64,000 nucleotides of DNA, taken from contig JANJGN010000004.1 in the NCBI GenBank assembly GCA_026770705.1, positions 87,916,001-87,980,000 of the forward strand, written 5' to 3'. This DNA is from Isurus oxyrinchus (Eukaryota). Numbering within the stretch: the stretch's first letter is position 1; each line of letters starts with the position of its first letter. A program made the position numbers and the translations under genes. The notes under the pieces were generated by a model. That model was not told where the DNA came from and made no database searches. It worked only from the letters and a program-made list of their open reading frames with translations. Below are positions 49,296 through 62,468 of the stretch, piece after piece.

Positions 49296-51339
49296 TTTGT
49301 TTACTTTTTCATATTAGCTGGTATGTAAAAGCAATTTCATTGCTGTTCCTGATACATAAATGTAATTATAATGTTATTACCTGTAGAAGCAGAGTGATAT
49401 TTGCCTCCATTCTCTGTTTTGGGGTGAATATTTGAGTATGGAGCAATGGGTTCCATCCAAAGTTGACTGGCAGACCTCCTCAGCCCAAACCCTATTAATA
49501 ATAACAAATGGGAGGTTCCCCTTTTTTCTTATTCATCTTAATAAAAGGCTTCACCAACCTGATATTGTCAGCTCTGATGAAAGGTCTACATGCAAAGAAT
49601 AACTCTATCTTCCTCCTTACAGTTAGAAATTGACCTGCTGTGTATAGTCAGCATTTTATATTTTTCTTTCAAATTAATAGCATTCACTATTTCCTTTTTA
49701 TCTTTACAAACAGGAGAATTGGGGTCTGCCATTTGTCTCTGGTTCAGTAGCGTCTGCTATTCTTATGAATGATTTGACAATCTTACATTTTGGGAGTAGA
49801 CTTACATTATCTATCCCCTTGTGATATGGACAGGATATTTGCTTCGTTTGCACATATGCTTCTTCAATTTCTCAGGGGGTGGACCAAGCGAATATGTGGT
49901 GAAATGAGGCCCACTGCAAATCATTAAGCTGCTCTCTTTCACAGTGAGGCAAACATATAGAACAGTAATTAAGAGTATTCATTTATCTCAAACTTACTTT
50001 GATATAATTAATAAAATATACAGTATGCAACATCACTTCACTTCTTTAGATTGTCTTATTTGCTCAAACACAATGTCTTGCAGCTATCACACAGGATCAC
50101 GTGGGATATATGGCAAAGAAACAGACGCAGTTAACCCAATCCATGCTAATGTTTATGCTCCATTTGAGTCTCCTCCCATATTTTCTGATCTACATTTACT
50201 ATTGTGACCATCTATTCTCTTCTCTCTCATGTGCTTGTCTAATTTCCCCTTAAATGCAACTATTGTTCATTCCCCCCACTCCACAACAAGGTAAATAAAA
50301 TAAGTATGGACTACTGTTTAGTTGCTAAGTGCCTGAAGAAAGTGACCTCAACGTGCACACTGCATGCTGAGGCACACGAGATAAGGTGCAATGTAATTGT
50401 GCAAAAGGGGCTTGAAATAGATGTTAGGCCTTCTATTTGCATATATGAAGGGGCTAACGCCTATTTTAGGTGTATGCTCTGGCACTGATGGAAGAAGTTC
50501 ATTGCTCATTCCTTCATTCTTTCATCTATTTAGTTTTTCTCTGCCCTCTGTAAAGTAACTTGAGATGATTTCTAAGTCAAAGATCTATCACTATATATAT
50601 GTTTTCCTTTACATTACAGCATTTCCTGAAACTTCTCTGCTGTCAAAAATTAACATGATACATGAAGCAATGGAGCAGGTGCAGAAGGGCTCAGGTGTCA
50701 TAAACCTTTAGCTTCTTTGCAGATGGACATACCTGCATTTAAAAATATGGCAGTAGTATGAAAAGGTGTTGCTAAAGGGTGCTTTAAGCTCAGGGGCTAT
50801 AGTTATTCTGTTCATGTGTCTTATGGACACACACAAATATTATACAAAATATATTGTAAGACAAACACAATTTTATAAAGGGATTTTGCTTTTATTTATA
50901 GAGGGATTGCTTGGCATCAACATTCTGATACTGTGTTATTATTTAGGCTTGGAGATCAGCATTCCAACATCACTAGTGGCCCAGAATAAGACCTCAGCAC
51001 ACTTTTAGCCTTCCCCACATCAGTATTTGCAAGCACCAACACCGTTGCCTGTTTCTTGGAGGATGCAGCTAGTAAGCTTCAGGAGTTGGCATCAGGTGAG
51101 TTAAGTAAAGCAAGATGTGGAAACAGGGGAAGAACAGGAGCCTGCCGGCCAGGTGCCCACATATTGTTTTTAATGATCTGTCACACTTTCAAGCTCCAAT
51201 GTAGTACATGATAGAATTGAACATCCATCCATAACATTGCCAGTCTCTACCCTTGCCTCAGCTTATCTGCAGATGAAATCCTTATCCATGTTTTTGTCGT
51301 GACTATTTGAATCCACTCCTGGGTTGGCCTAATATTTCA

Positions 51340-52190
51340 GAATCACAGCACTGAAGGAGGCTATTTGGCCCATTGTGCCTGTGCCTCTTTGAAAGGGGCA
51401 TCCAGTTAGGCCCCTGCATCCCATTGCCTTGAAACATTTTTCTTTTCAAGTATAAATCCAGTTCCCTTTGGAAAATTACTATTGAATTTGTTTTCAGCAC
51501 AGGCAATGCATTCCAGACCATAATAACAAACAACATAAATCCACAACTTTTATTATAATTGTTCATGGGATGTGGGCTTCGCTGGCTATGCCAGCATTGA
51601 TTGCCCATCCCTAATTGCCCATGAGAAAATGGTTGTGAGTGGCCTTCTTGAACTGCTGCAGTCCATGTGGTGTAGGTACACCTACAGTGCTGTTAGGGAG
51701 GGAGTTCCAGGGTTTTGACCCAGTGATATGAAGGAACGGCGTTATATTCCCAAGTCAGGTTGGGTGTGATATGGAGAGGTGCTGGTATTCATCTCCCTCT
51801 TGGTTAAGGTGTAAATTATCTTAAATTTGCGCTCTTTGGCTTTTGACCCTTCTGGCAGTGGAAACAGCATCTCCCTATCCCATCCTGAGGCATGCAAGAT
51901 GATTAAAGGATTTGAGGTGAAACATGGAAAGAAATTATTTCCTCTGGTGGGGGGAAACCAGATCAACGGAGCATAACCTTGAAATTAAAGCTAGCATTTT
52001 CAGAGGTGATGTCAACCAAACTTTTCAAAACTTGAAATTGATAGATTTCTGTTAGGCAATGGTATTAATGGGTATAGAACCAAGGTGGGTAGATGGACTT
52101 AAAATGCAGAGCAGGCATGATCTAATTGGATGAAAGGTGAAACAGGCTCAAGGAGCTGAATGGTTTATTCCTGTTGCTATGTTCCTACGT
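51340..52190. mobile_element. Cluster of CR1-group 3' fragments: 51340-51530(-), 51550-51790(-), 51790-51885(-), 51890-52190(+)
   Basis: 51550-51790 is the reverse complement of the 23690-23900 tail; the others match the CR1 tail at 48400-48700. Confidence 0.7.
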
Positions 52191-52996
52191 CCAATTCACC
52201 TGTTAAATTCAGCAGGAAACCCTCATAGGTTTCCCATCTGATAATCCTCCTTCTCCCCTCTCTTCTCGGCTCTGAGTGAATATCGGTGCTATCTGTAATT
52301 CTAAGTAAAACGGGTTTAACAGACAAAAGTCCTGGTCTAAATATGAGGGAATCCTTTTTTTGTGTTTAAATTTTGCATGCATTCTGGGGACTTAATGAGA
52401 CTTCAGCACAATAACATAACTTTTATGGTACAAGGTTCTGCACTAAAAGTATTAAATTATATGATGTATCCGGGGTAAAAGCACTCTAGTACACAAAATA
52501 CAGCTAGTAAAAAATCATAGGAGGAAAAAAGGAATTTTGTTGGAATACAGCCTTGCTCACCTAGCTTTGTCATATGATTTTGTTCTTTGACTGTTCAACC
52601 AGCACAGATGAGCACATAGCTGGCACTTCTGAATGTACTGGAGCTTGAAATTTAGGATTTCAGATAATGGGGCTCATTATTGCAAGTCTCATCTCCCGAC
52701 ACACATCACTGCTTGTAACAAGTGTGGACATGGAGTTAAGGGCCACAACATTATAAACCTATTGATCCGACGCACAATCATCAGCAGCAAGGGTCTATGT
52801 CAGGAATAAATAGAGCCTTCCAAAATGAGTACATTGCTGTTGGCAGGTGGCAGGAAAAATAGGCAAGAGATGACAATGGAGCCATGCAATATATTTTATG
52901 GTATAACTTTGGAGAGGAAAGGAAGGCTGGAGATGAGGTGGTAGTTTGCAAGGAAGGTGGGGCCAAGCGTAGTTTTTTTGAGGAAAGGGTGATAAC

Positions 52997-53296
52997 TGTT
53001 GTAATGGGTTCTTTAGATGTCTCAATGATGAGATCTTGAGACTTCTATGTTTAAACATGAACCGTTTATTGTCAATCTTTAACTATTTACAGATCCCAGG
53101 TTACTGTCATGCATGGTGCAGTTACCTCCAAGCAGGTTGATTACAGAGTGTTCTCTCCAGTTTGTTCTCTCAGTCTATTGCACGTGACTCGATATATCTT
53201 ACCAAGGCAGTGCTATTCTTGAGTCCCACATTAAGCCTTGCTCTGCCAAGCACTTTTACATTACAATGGCATGCAGGCACATACCAACATCACACA
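52997..53296 (-). mobile_element. 3' LTR (~300 bp) of a Gypsy-like element, preceded by a polypurine tract
   Basis: On -: GGAAAAGAAAGGGAGG, then TGTG...AATAAA...TTACAACA. It abuts an L2 fragment (~52900-52996). Confidence 0.65.
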
Positions 53297-55870
53297 ATAC
53301 CTCCCTTTCTTTTCCAAAGACAGTTTTCCCTTCCAATGAGGCATTACCATTTGTAATACAATCTTTACTTGTTATTTCTTCTCGCCCAAATCAAATTTCT
53401 GAATTTATAAATTCAGATGATCTTTAGGCTTGATGGTTCTTTCACATCTCAGTCTGTCACAAATGGAGGAATGGTAGTCATAGTCTGTGTTTCTGGTACT
53501 TGGTTATCTCTATTTGCTTCACGTTTTGTGCTCCTTCGAGTTGCGTTTCTCTTTATTAACAACTCGTCTGCTTTTTCCGGACACTGTGAGTTTGACCCAT
53601 TCCTTCCAAGGGGAATATGCGCTTCATTCATTCCTAGAGTAGACTCAAATTTTCTTTTTCCGTGGTGTCTGCCATGTTCTTGCTGGACATATATGCTTTA
53701 CAAATGGAACCTTCATTTCCACTTGTTTCACAATTTCAGCCCAACACTTGTTTGCTGTTTTATTTTCAAATCCATTTGCAAGCTTATGAATCTTTTCATT
53801 CAGCTCAGCATTTTATTCTTCTAGTGCCTTGCATTTCAGTGTTGGATTTATGTTTTTCAATCTCATTTCTGTCTTTTCTTTTTCTGACTGCAAACAGAAC
53901 GTTGTCCTTGTGCTTCAATTGGGACTCATTTTTGGCTAGGTCTGTCTCCAGCGAAGTGTTGACTTGTTTTAGTTTTTTACTTGTGATACTTATGGCTTCA
54001 TTATCCGCTTGCAGTTTGGAAAGTTCTATGCCTTTTCCTTTCAATGCTTCTTCCTTTCCATTTGCCTTCTTCTTCAGCTCTTCACTCTGTTTCTTGTGGC
54101 TTTTTGCTTCCTCCTGGAATATGGAACATTGCAGAATCTTTTCTGCCGCCTGGTTCTTCAATTTATTCAGAGTGACATTAAATTAATTTTCTTTCTCTTC
54201 GTAATTTTCCAGAGGGATAAACTTTGTCCGAAAGAATTCTTGTAGCGTGTGAAGGTCTGTCAACAGGTTTTCCTTTTCTTCGTGAAGCTCACTTGCTTCA
54301 TCTTGAGCTTTCCTGTAATTCAGCAGAGTCTGTTTGAGTTTCTTCTGCTGTGCTTCCATCCTGTTGTTTAAGACAGTTTTCATTTCTTCATGTTGCTGAA
54401 TGGCTATGCATTCCTTTTACATTTGATCCTGAAGGACAATCAACTGTTCCTTCAACAGTTTATTTTCTTGTTGACCTCTTGCTAACTCACTCTGGGCTTC
54501 AGTGTGTCATTTTGTTGCTATTGATAGTTCCAGCGCAGCTTTTTCTGAAGTAATAGTCAACATCCTTTCTAGCTCCTCATGTTTTTCCATGGCTACATAT
54601 TGATGCCTCAAGGAGTCTTTCAGGGTTGCAACTTCTTTGCGTGGCTTTTCTGCTCGCTGTTTTGCCTGGCTGTACATCTGGTTGAATTCTTCTGACTCCT
54701 GCTTTGATTTGCCAACTGTGGAATTGAGGGTCATTATCTCCTTCTGGTAACTTTGTGTTGTGTCTGAAATTTGTTTGTTCAGATCTTGAACAGCTTGGTT
54801 CATTGAAGACTTCAGTTTATCGTGCATTTTCAAAGGTATATACTCAGCTTGAATCTTGTGCTTCAAATCTTCCAGTTCAGCTCTAATGGGAACATTTTCC
54901 TGTAGAACAACTTTACTTACTTTTTGCATGCTTTGCTTCTTTTGAGTTACCTCAGATAGCTTTCCTTCATTCATAGTCATCAGCTCACTCTGCACTGCTA
55001 TCTGTCTCCCTTGCTCTGGGGCTTTTAGCTCCCTCTCTCTGGGGTTGTCTGTCATCCTTGTTCTGCCCTTGTTCTGGGATTTTTATTGCTCTCTCTCTGG
55101 GGTCTTTTGTTTCTCGCATCGATTTATTGGGAGTTGAATTATTTCTGGGGTCTCTTGCCCTCGACGCTTGATTGGGAGTTGCCCTCTCTCTGGGATCACT
55201 TGTTGCTCTTGGCACTTTATTGGGAGTTGTCCTTTCTGGGGTCTCTTGTTGTTTCCGATTCTTTACTGAGCATTTGCTAGACTTTCTTTGAGGGTCTGTG
55301 TTCGCCACAACTTGGAGCTTAAAATGTCTGTCAAAGCCTTTTAATATATCACCAAATGTTGTAGAGTACTGCTTAATACATTGGCTGTGGAATACTTCAC
55401 CAGCAAATGAACCAAATATGAATAGAAGCTTATCAACTTGTACTTTCTTACTAAATCTTGTAGTTCTTCTGTAAACTAAAAATGATCTTCTCCAAGACTC
55501 CCACTCTTGGGTCGGGTTTAGCCACTTCCATAACACAAGTATGTCAGGCTCTTCTAATTTTCCAACCATGGCTGATATTTCCTTTAGTGGTTATTGGTTT
55601 AAATTTCGTTACCACTTTAAGACTGTCAGTGAGGTAACCACTCCCTCCACTTGGGCTTCTGCAGATACTGACCCTCTGCACTGTGAACCACCCACACCAA
55701 CTTGGGCCCCGGTGAGACCTCCAGGGACCATGGCCACCCCCATCCCAAACTGCCAAATTTTCAAGGTAGGAGTTTTGCATTCCTCTGCAATTCTTTCCTT
55801 TTTTTTTTCTGCAGGTCCTCTTCGTTGGAGTTTTGGTGGGCTCATTGTCTGATCAGGGTCCTTTTCTTAA
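53297..55870 (-). mobile_element. Internal region of a pol-less Gypsy-like element: gag N-terminus, short repeats and UACA/RAI14-like coiled coil
   Basis: ORF 54985-55569 has EWESWRRSFLVY..QVDKLLFIFG..FGDILKGFDRHF (gag-like). ORFs 54507-55055, 54183-54383 and 53805-54161 are heptad-rich, with YIPLKMHD, YVAMEKHEE and FIPLENYEE. Confidence 0.65.
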
Positions 55871-55974
55871 AACTTGAAACGACAGTGCTTTGTTCTTAAA
55901 ATCTGCATTATGAACACATCTTGCTTGACCATCATGTGTTGGGGTGGGATTTGAACCCAGAGCTTCTGGCTCCA

Positions 55975-56305
55975 CAAAACCATAAAACCATAAGACCATA
56001 AGACATAGGAGCAGAAATTAGGTCATTCGGCCCATCAAGTCTGCTCCGCCATTCAATCATAGTTGATAAGTTTCTCAACCCCATTCTCCCGCCTTCTCCC
56101 TGTAACCTTTGATTATCTTACCAATCAAGAACTTATCTATTTTGGTCTTAAATACACTCAATGTCCTGGCCTCCACAGCCTTCTGTGGCAATGAATTCCA
56201 TAGATTCACTACTCTCTGGCTAAAGATGTTTCTCCTCATCTCTGTTCTAAAACGTCTTCCCTTTACTCTGAGGTTGTGCCCTCGGGTCCTAGTCTCTCCT
56301 ACTAT
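55975..56305 (-). mobile_element. CR1 3'-end fragment with (CATAAGAC)n terminal repeat
   Basis: CCATAAGACCATAAGACATAGGAGCAGAAATTAGG, also seen at 26938-26980. Confidence 0.8.
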
Positions 56306-58599
56306 TCAATTCTATCCTTTGAGAAATGATCTCCGGTGCTTGAATTGTTTTTTTCTTAATGACCTTATTAACCCTCATTGCTAATTTTTAGTGATTTGTG
56401 TATCTGTACCCCTTGACTCCAACCCAGTGTAGAGGGTGATTTTCCTGAAAAATGCGATTGTAAACTGGAACACTGGTTTCACCTACATTTAGCACAGGAT
56501 GCCACCTTGGTAAAGAAATCTAAGCTTATGCTTGGAACAGCTACCCAGAGGCTAATTAAGTAACTGATTGCCTCTTGCAATGCCTTCAAGCATTCAATAA
56601 AGAGGCTGCACAGCATTTTGGTGGCTAGCGCCTCAACTACTGCCCTCTCCTAACTAGCTGTTTGTGATAAAACACGGTGTTCATGTCAACTTCAAGTGCT
56701 ACTTAAAGTGATACTCACCTCTTAAAGGGATACTTAGCATTTCATTGCCATGGCTGCTGGAGTTGTGAAGCAGATTTCTTCAACACAGCAGGAGGCTTTT
56801 TACGACACTGTTTCAAGATTACATTAATACTCAAACATTTATTCTGGGAATTCTCTGAGGACTTAATTTAAAAAGAGTAAATGCTGTGCTACTCCACTAT
56901 ATTGTTCATCTCATACGGGTCACGAGAAGAGCATGCTTGGTCATGGGCATCTTGCTAGGGATTCTCCTTGGTCTGGATGAGGATTGGAAGAAGGTCATGA
57001 AGCCAGGCAAAGTGGCATCAGCTGCTGCAGGAAAGAGAGACAGGAGGGTGAGGTAGTGTCCTTCCTCCTGCAGTCGTATTACATTCTTCCTCCTCTGGAC
57101 ATCTTCCACTAGAACTTTTAGTATTGCACCCATGAACTTGTGTGCCCTCTCAGTCCCTGAACCATCCTGTAACATGCTACAGTGTGCCAGCCAGTGTACA
57201 CAACACTTTCAGTGAAGTGGGTGCCAGGAGCCCACATGCAGCACATTGTATCTAATCAGCACTTGAGTGCTAAACCTATGCCTGCAGACACATTCTAATC
57301 AGCCTGAGAATTATGTGCTAAATCAGGATTTTTAAACCAGCGCTTGTTATTACTGCAACACTCATTTAGTGCCTGTTTCCATCCCTTGTCCAAAATAACC
57401 CCATTATCCCTTATTACCCTTAATAGTATGTGCCCTCCTTAGTCCTTTTAGCAAAATGTAACACCTCACATTTATATGCAGTGAAACTAACTTGTCAATT
57501 GCAAGCTCATTCTGCAAGTTTATTAATGTCTTCATGTAATCCTAATTTAGCACAGCATTCTCAGGCTGATTATTATGATTTGCATGTCTGCAGATGCAGG
57601 CTCAGCACTCAGGTTGCATACTTCCTTAATATTAACCACACTCCTAATTTGACGTCACCTCCAAATTTTGAATTGTATTCCTGATTCCAGAGTCCAAATC
57701 ATTGATGTTGGAGACTTATGAATGCTGGAGCAGGTAAGGATCACACAAATCAAAGATCTAAAGCATGAGTCACTGCAGACTATGTGAGATACGCGCGGTA
57801 AATGAGGGCATCTTTTATGATTTGCAATGGGTAAAGGAACATGACATGTGAATGCACTTTGTTCACAAAATGTCTAAATTGGGAAACATCATCTGAATAT
57901 TGTTTTTAAAATCACACCAATGGTGATATTATCGAGAAGTAGGAAATTTAATTCATTGAATCCCGTTTTTTTAAAAATGACTTCATTCTAATTTTCACCT
58001 CTTTCTGTCACTTGAGATCTACTGCTCTGCTTCTCTGTAAAGCTGCCATAAGCTGAAAATGTAGCAACAACACAGACTCACAGAAAGCAATAACTCACAG
58101 TAACCTAAAACACCTTTTGCCACCTTTTCACCTCCCTTAAACAGTATATGTTTCACCACATTTCTACTTCCCTTTAGCTCTGGAGAAGAGTCATACAGAC
58201 TTGAAATATTAACTCTGTCTTTCCCTCCACAGATGCTGTCAGACCTGCTGAGTTTTTCCAGCATTTTTTGTTTTTGTTTCAGATTTCCAGCATCTGCAAT
58301 ATTTTAATTTATATTATGTAAGGATGCCATCTTTCCTTTCCTAAAGGACATCAGTGAACATTTGGATTTTTCCAACAATCCAATTGCATCATAGTCACTA
58401 TTACAAGACCATTTTTTAAACTGAATGCAAATTGTCAGATTGCCATAGTGAGACTTGAACTCCCAGGCCACAATTTTAACTCTCCTTACCTGCTAGCCAG
58501 TTTGCAATTTCAGCCAAAGACCTGAATGAGAAGATAGCTTCCCCATCATGCAAAACCTGCTGGGATCTAAATCCAGGACCAGAAAAAGCCTAGAACCCT

Positions 58600-59056
58600 T
58601 TGCCCTGCCTGAGGTCCTGAACCAGGAACCAGTAATCCAGCTAATGCTTCAGGATCATGAGTTCAAATCCCATCACGGTAGCTGGGGGGTATTTAAAAAT
58701 TCAATTATTTAGTAAATTTACAATAAAATGCTAGTCTCATTAGTAATGATCATGAAGCTAGGGGATTATTGTAAAAACCTATCCGGTTCACTAATTCTCC
58801 TTGATGACGAAAATCTGCTCTCCTTATCTGGTCTGGCCTGCATGTAACTCCAGACTCCCACTAATGTTGCTGTCTCTTAACTGTCCTCTGAAATGGTGTT
58901 TTAAGCCACTCATTTGTATCAAATCACTGCGGAAACATAGTACTGTGTGTGTACTTATACCACATGGATTGCAGTGATTCATGGACAGTTAGGGGTGGCA
59001 ATAAATGCTGGCCTTGCCATTGATGCTCACATCCCAAGAATGAATACAAAAAAAAC
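58600..59056 (+). mobile_element. tRNA-derived SINE sharing 5' UTR and 3' tail segments with the CR1-group LINE at 20905-23902
   Basis: B-box GAGTTCAAATCCC at ~58660. 58865-58925 resembles 20911-20975; 58955-59056 resembles 23783-23900; ends in an A-rich tail. Confidence 0.7.
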
Positions 59057-59519
59057 CCTGTGGAGAGAAACAGAGTTAACTGTTCCTCGCTACAGATGGT
59101 GCCTAACGTGCTGAGTATTTCCAGAATTTTTGTTTTGATTTCAGGTTACAGCATCTACAGTATTTTATTTTTATTAAAAAAACACTTCCCTGATTGAGGC
59201 CAACACCCTCCCCCATTGGCTAGGCTGTTACTTTGGCCAGCTATCAGGTAGGAATTTGCAGCAGATTACGTAAACCTTGCTGGGGTTTTCCTTTGCATGA
59301 TCCCCACTTCATCACAATTTATAATGTGATGTTCCTTGAAATACTAGTCCAGCAATGTAACCACAAGACGATATATATAAAGACAGCAACAGCTGCAGTT
59401 ACAGTTACAGGCAGTGCAGTGGGTTCCATGATGCAGCAAGCCTTACTGACTACTCCTCTATTGATTCTAAAACTTTGTGCATTTTGGTCAGTAAATTCCA
59501 CAAGGCAGCTTTTTTTATT

Positions 59520-61160
59520 CTTTGTGGTACTGCTTCAGTATCTGGGGAGTTGTGAATGCTGCTGAACATTGTGCAATCATTAGTGAACATCCCCACTCCC
59601 AACATTATGATGGAGGTAAGGTCATTGATGAAGCAGCTGAAGATGGTTGGGCCTTGGATATTACCCTCAGGAACTCCTGCAGTGTTGCCCTGGGGCTTAG
59701 ATGATTGGCCTCCAACAACCACAACCATCTTCCTTTGTGCTGGATATGATTTCAACCAGTGGAGAGGTTCCCCCTGATTCCCATTGACTTCAATTTTACT
59801 CGAGCTTCTCAATGTCACACTAGGTCAAATGGTGCCCTGATGTCAAAGGCAGTAATCTCACATCCTGAGTTTGGTTCTTTTGCCCATGTTAGGTCCAAAC
59901 TGTAATGAGGTCAGGAGCTGAAAAGCCCAGGTAGAACTCAAGTTGAGCACCTGTGAGCAGTTTATTGCTGTGTCAGTGCCGCTTGATTGCACTGTTGACA
60001 ACACCTTCCATTGTTTTGCTGATGATCGAGAGTAGGCTGATGCTGGACTAATTGGCTGGATTAAATTTGTCCTATTTTGTATGGACAGGACATACCTCGG
60101 CAATTTTCCACATGTTGGGGTAGATGCCATCTGTACTGGAACAGCTTAACTAGGGACTCAGTTGTTTCTGCAGCATACGTCTTCAGTACCACACTAGAAT
60201 GTTGCCAGGGCCCGACATATTTTCTGTATCCTGTGCCTTCATCGGTTTCTTGACATCGTGTGGAATGAATCAAATTGGTTAAAAACTGGTATCTGTGATG
60301 CTGGGGACCTTAGGAGGAGGCTGAGATGGATCATCCGCTCAGAACTTCGGGCTGAAAATGATTGCAAATGTTTCGGTCTTGTCTTTTGCACTGATGTACT
60401 GGGCTCCGCCAACATTGAGGATGAGGATATTTGTGGAGCCTTCTGTTCTGGTTAGTTGTTTAAATATCCACCACCATTCATGGCAAGACTGCAAAGTTAT
60501 GATCTGATCTGTTGGTTTTGGGATTGCTTATCTCTCTATATTGCATGTTCCTTCTACTGTTTAGCATACATTTAGTCCTGTGTTGTAGCATTATACTTTT
60601 AGTCATACCTGAGCTGCTACTGGCTTGTTCTCCTGCACTTCTCATTGAACCATGACTGATTCCCTGGCTTGATGATAATGGTAGAGTAAGGGATATGCTG
60701 AGCCATGAGGTTACAGATTGTGGTTGAATGCAATTCTGCTGCTGATGTTGGACCGCAGCGCCTCATGGATACCCATGGTTTGAGCTGCGGGATCAGAATC
60801 CATCTCATTTAGCATGCTGTTAGTGTCACAAGATATGGTGGATGCTATTCTCAGTGTGAAGACAGGATTTTGTCTCCACAAGGACAGCGCAATGGTCACT
60901 CATACAATACTGTCATGGACAGATGCATCTGCGACAGATAGATTGGAGAGGGTTAGGTCAAGTAAATCTTTCCCTCTTGTTGGTTTCCACACCACCTGTC
61001 ACAGGCCCAGTTGGACAGATATGTCCTTCAGGATTTGAACAGTTTGGTCAGTGATGGTGCTACTCTTGGTGATGGGCAGTGAAGACCCTCACCCAGAGTA
61101 CAAATTTGGTCCACTGCCACCCTCAGTGCTTCTTCCAAGTGGTGTTCAACATGGAGAAGC
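59520..61160 (-). mobile_element. Decayed fragment of the CR1-group family (endonuclease end to RT)
   Basis: Reverse-complement similarity to 21410-23090 (GVPEGNIQGPTIFSCFINDL, IIIKPGNQSWFNE). Confidence 0.85.
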
Positions 61161-62029
61161 TTATTTAAGACAATACAGTAATTATCCTTCTTTTGAATAC
61201 GACCTTCACAAAATTAATTCATTATTCATTATTTCCCTCCTCTGACACAGCAATCAAAACTCCCTAATGGAAGATATTGTTAAAATGGCTCATGTTACAG
61301 CCTTGGCTTACAGAATTAATTAAACTGGATCCTGGTAACTAGTAAACCTCCTGAAAGTTCTGTTTGAAAATTGGTGCTCATTTAATGAAAGGCAATGGAG
61401 TATTTACTGCATCCTTCACCAGCCCTAATTAATTCATATCAGTGAGCCTAAAAACCTGTTTGGTCACAGCAAGTTTATTGCTGCTTCATGTACAGTTTTT
61501 GAAATTTGTATTCCCTTACCATCCTCAAGCCAGTAAACTTAGAGTTTAGGTTTTAATATTTTCATAACTGGAGAGCTCTGGTTTACGACTTGGATTTATG
61601 CAAAGTCTTTTCATTTTCCCTCCCTCCACATTCTTCCACAGTATTAACAGTTGAAAATATTGTTTTCCACATTCGTCAGAATATAAAACATTCATTACAA
61701 AAAGAGAACAAAGATATTTATCTTGACTTTCGGCTTCATTGCCTAAACTTTTATTTCATATGAATGATGGAATTTGCATTCCCTTCAACCAAGCATTGAA
61801 AACTCATAAAATATCAATAATATATTGGCAACATTGCACACCGACCTGAAAATCTTGAAACCAGCTGAATGGGGAGGTTTATCAGTTGAATTCCTGCACA
61901 GCCTGAACAATTATAAATTGTATTTTGTGTTCATACTGGTCTCTTGCACCTTTTCCTATTTTGTGTACATTATGATTTCAATGAATAACATGTTCATCAA
62001 AAATTGCTTGTCAAGCTTCATGGTCTGGA

Positions 62030-62465
62030 TAAAAAATTTAGGGCACAGAAGGAGACCATTTGGCCCATCGTATCATGCCAATCAAAAAAGAGTTATTCAG
62101 ACTAATAACACTTTCCTTGCTCCTGGTCCGTAGCTCTGTAGGTTACAGTTCTCAACATACATATCCAAGTTTTTTTTTTAATTGGATGAGGGTTTCCACC
62201 TCTACAACCCTTTCAGGCAGTGAGTTTCAGAGCCTCACCATCCGCTGTGTGAAAAAAATCTCCTCAACTCTCCTCTAATCCTTTAGATTACTTAAAATTC
62301 ATGCCACTTGGTTATTGACATCTCTGCGAAGGGAAATATGTCCTTCCTATCCATTCCAACTATGTCCTTTATAATTTTGTTCACCTCAATTCGATCTCCC
62401 CTCATTTCCTCTGTTCAAAAGAAAAAATGCTCAGTCAATTCAATCTTTCCTCATAGCTAAAATTC
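62030..62465 (-). mobile_element. CR1 3'-end fragment
   Basis: CACAGAAGGAGACCATTTGGCCC...TCAGGCAGTGAGTTTCAG...TGTGTGAAAAAA tail pattern. Confidence 0.65.
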
Positions 62466-62468
62466 TTA

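Noticed and set aside
52555-52845. Possible minus-strand exon bounded by CAG and GTGAG
   Set aside because: All three reading frames contain stops.
53800-55055. Genuine host UACA/RAI14 gene exon
   Set aside because: Multiple frameshifts, no ankyrin exons nearby, and it is enclosed between gag-like sequence and a polypurine tract/LTR.
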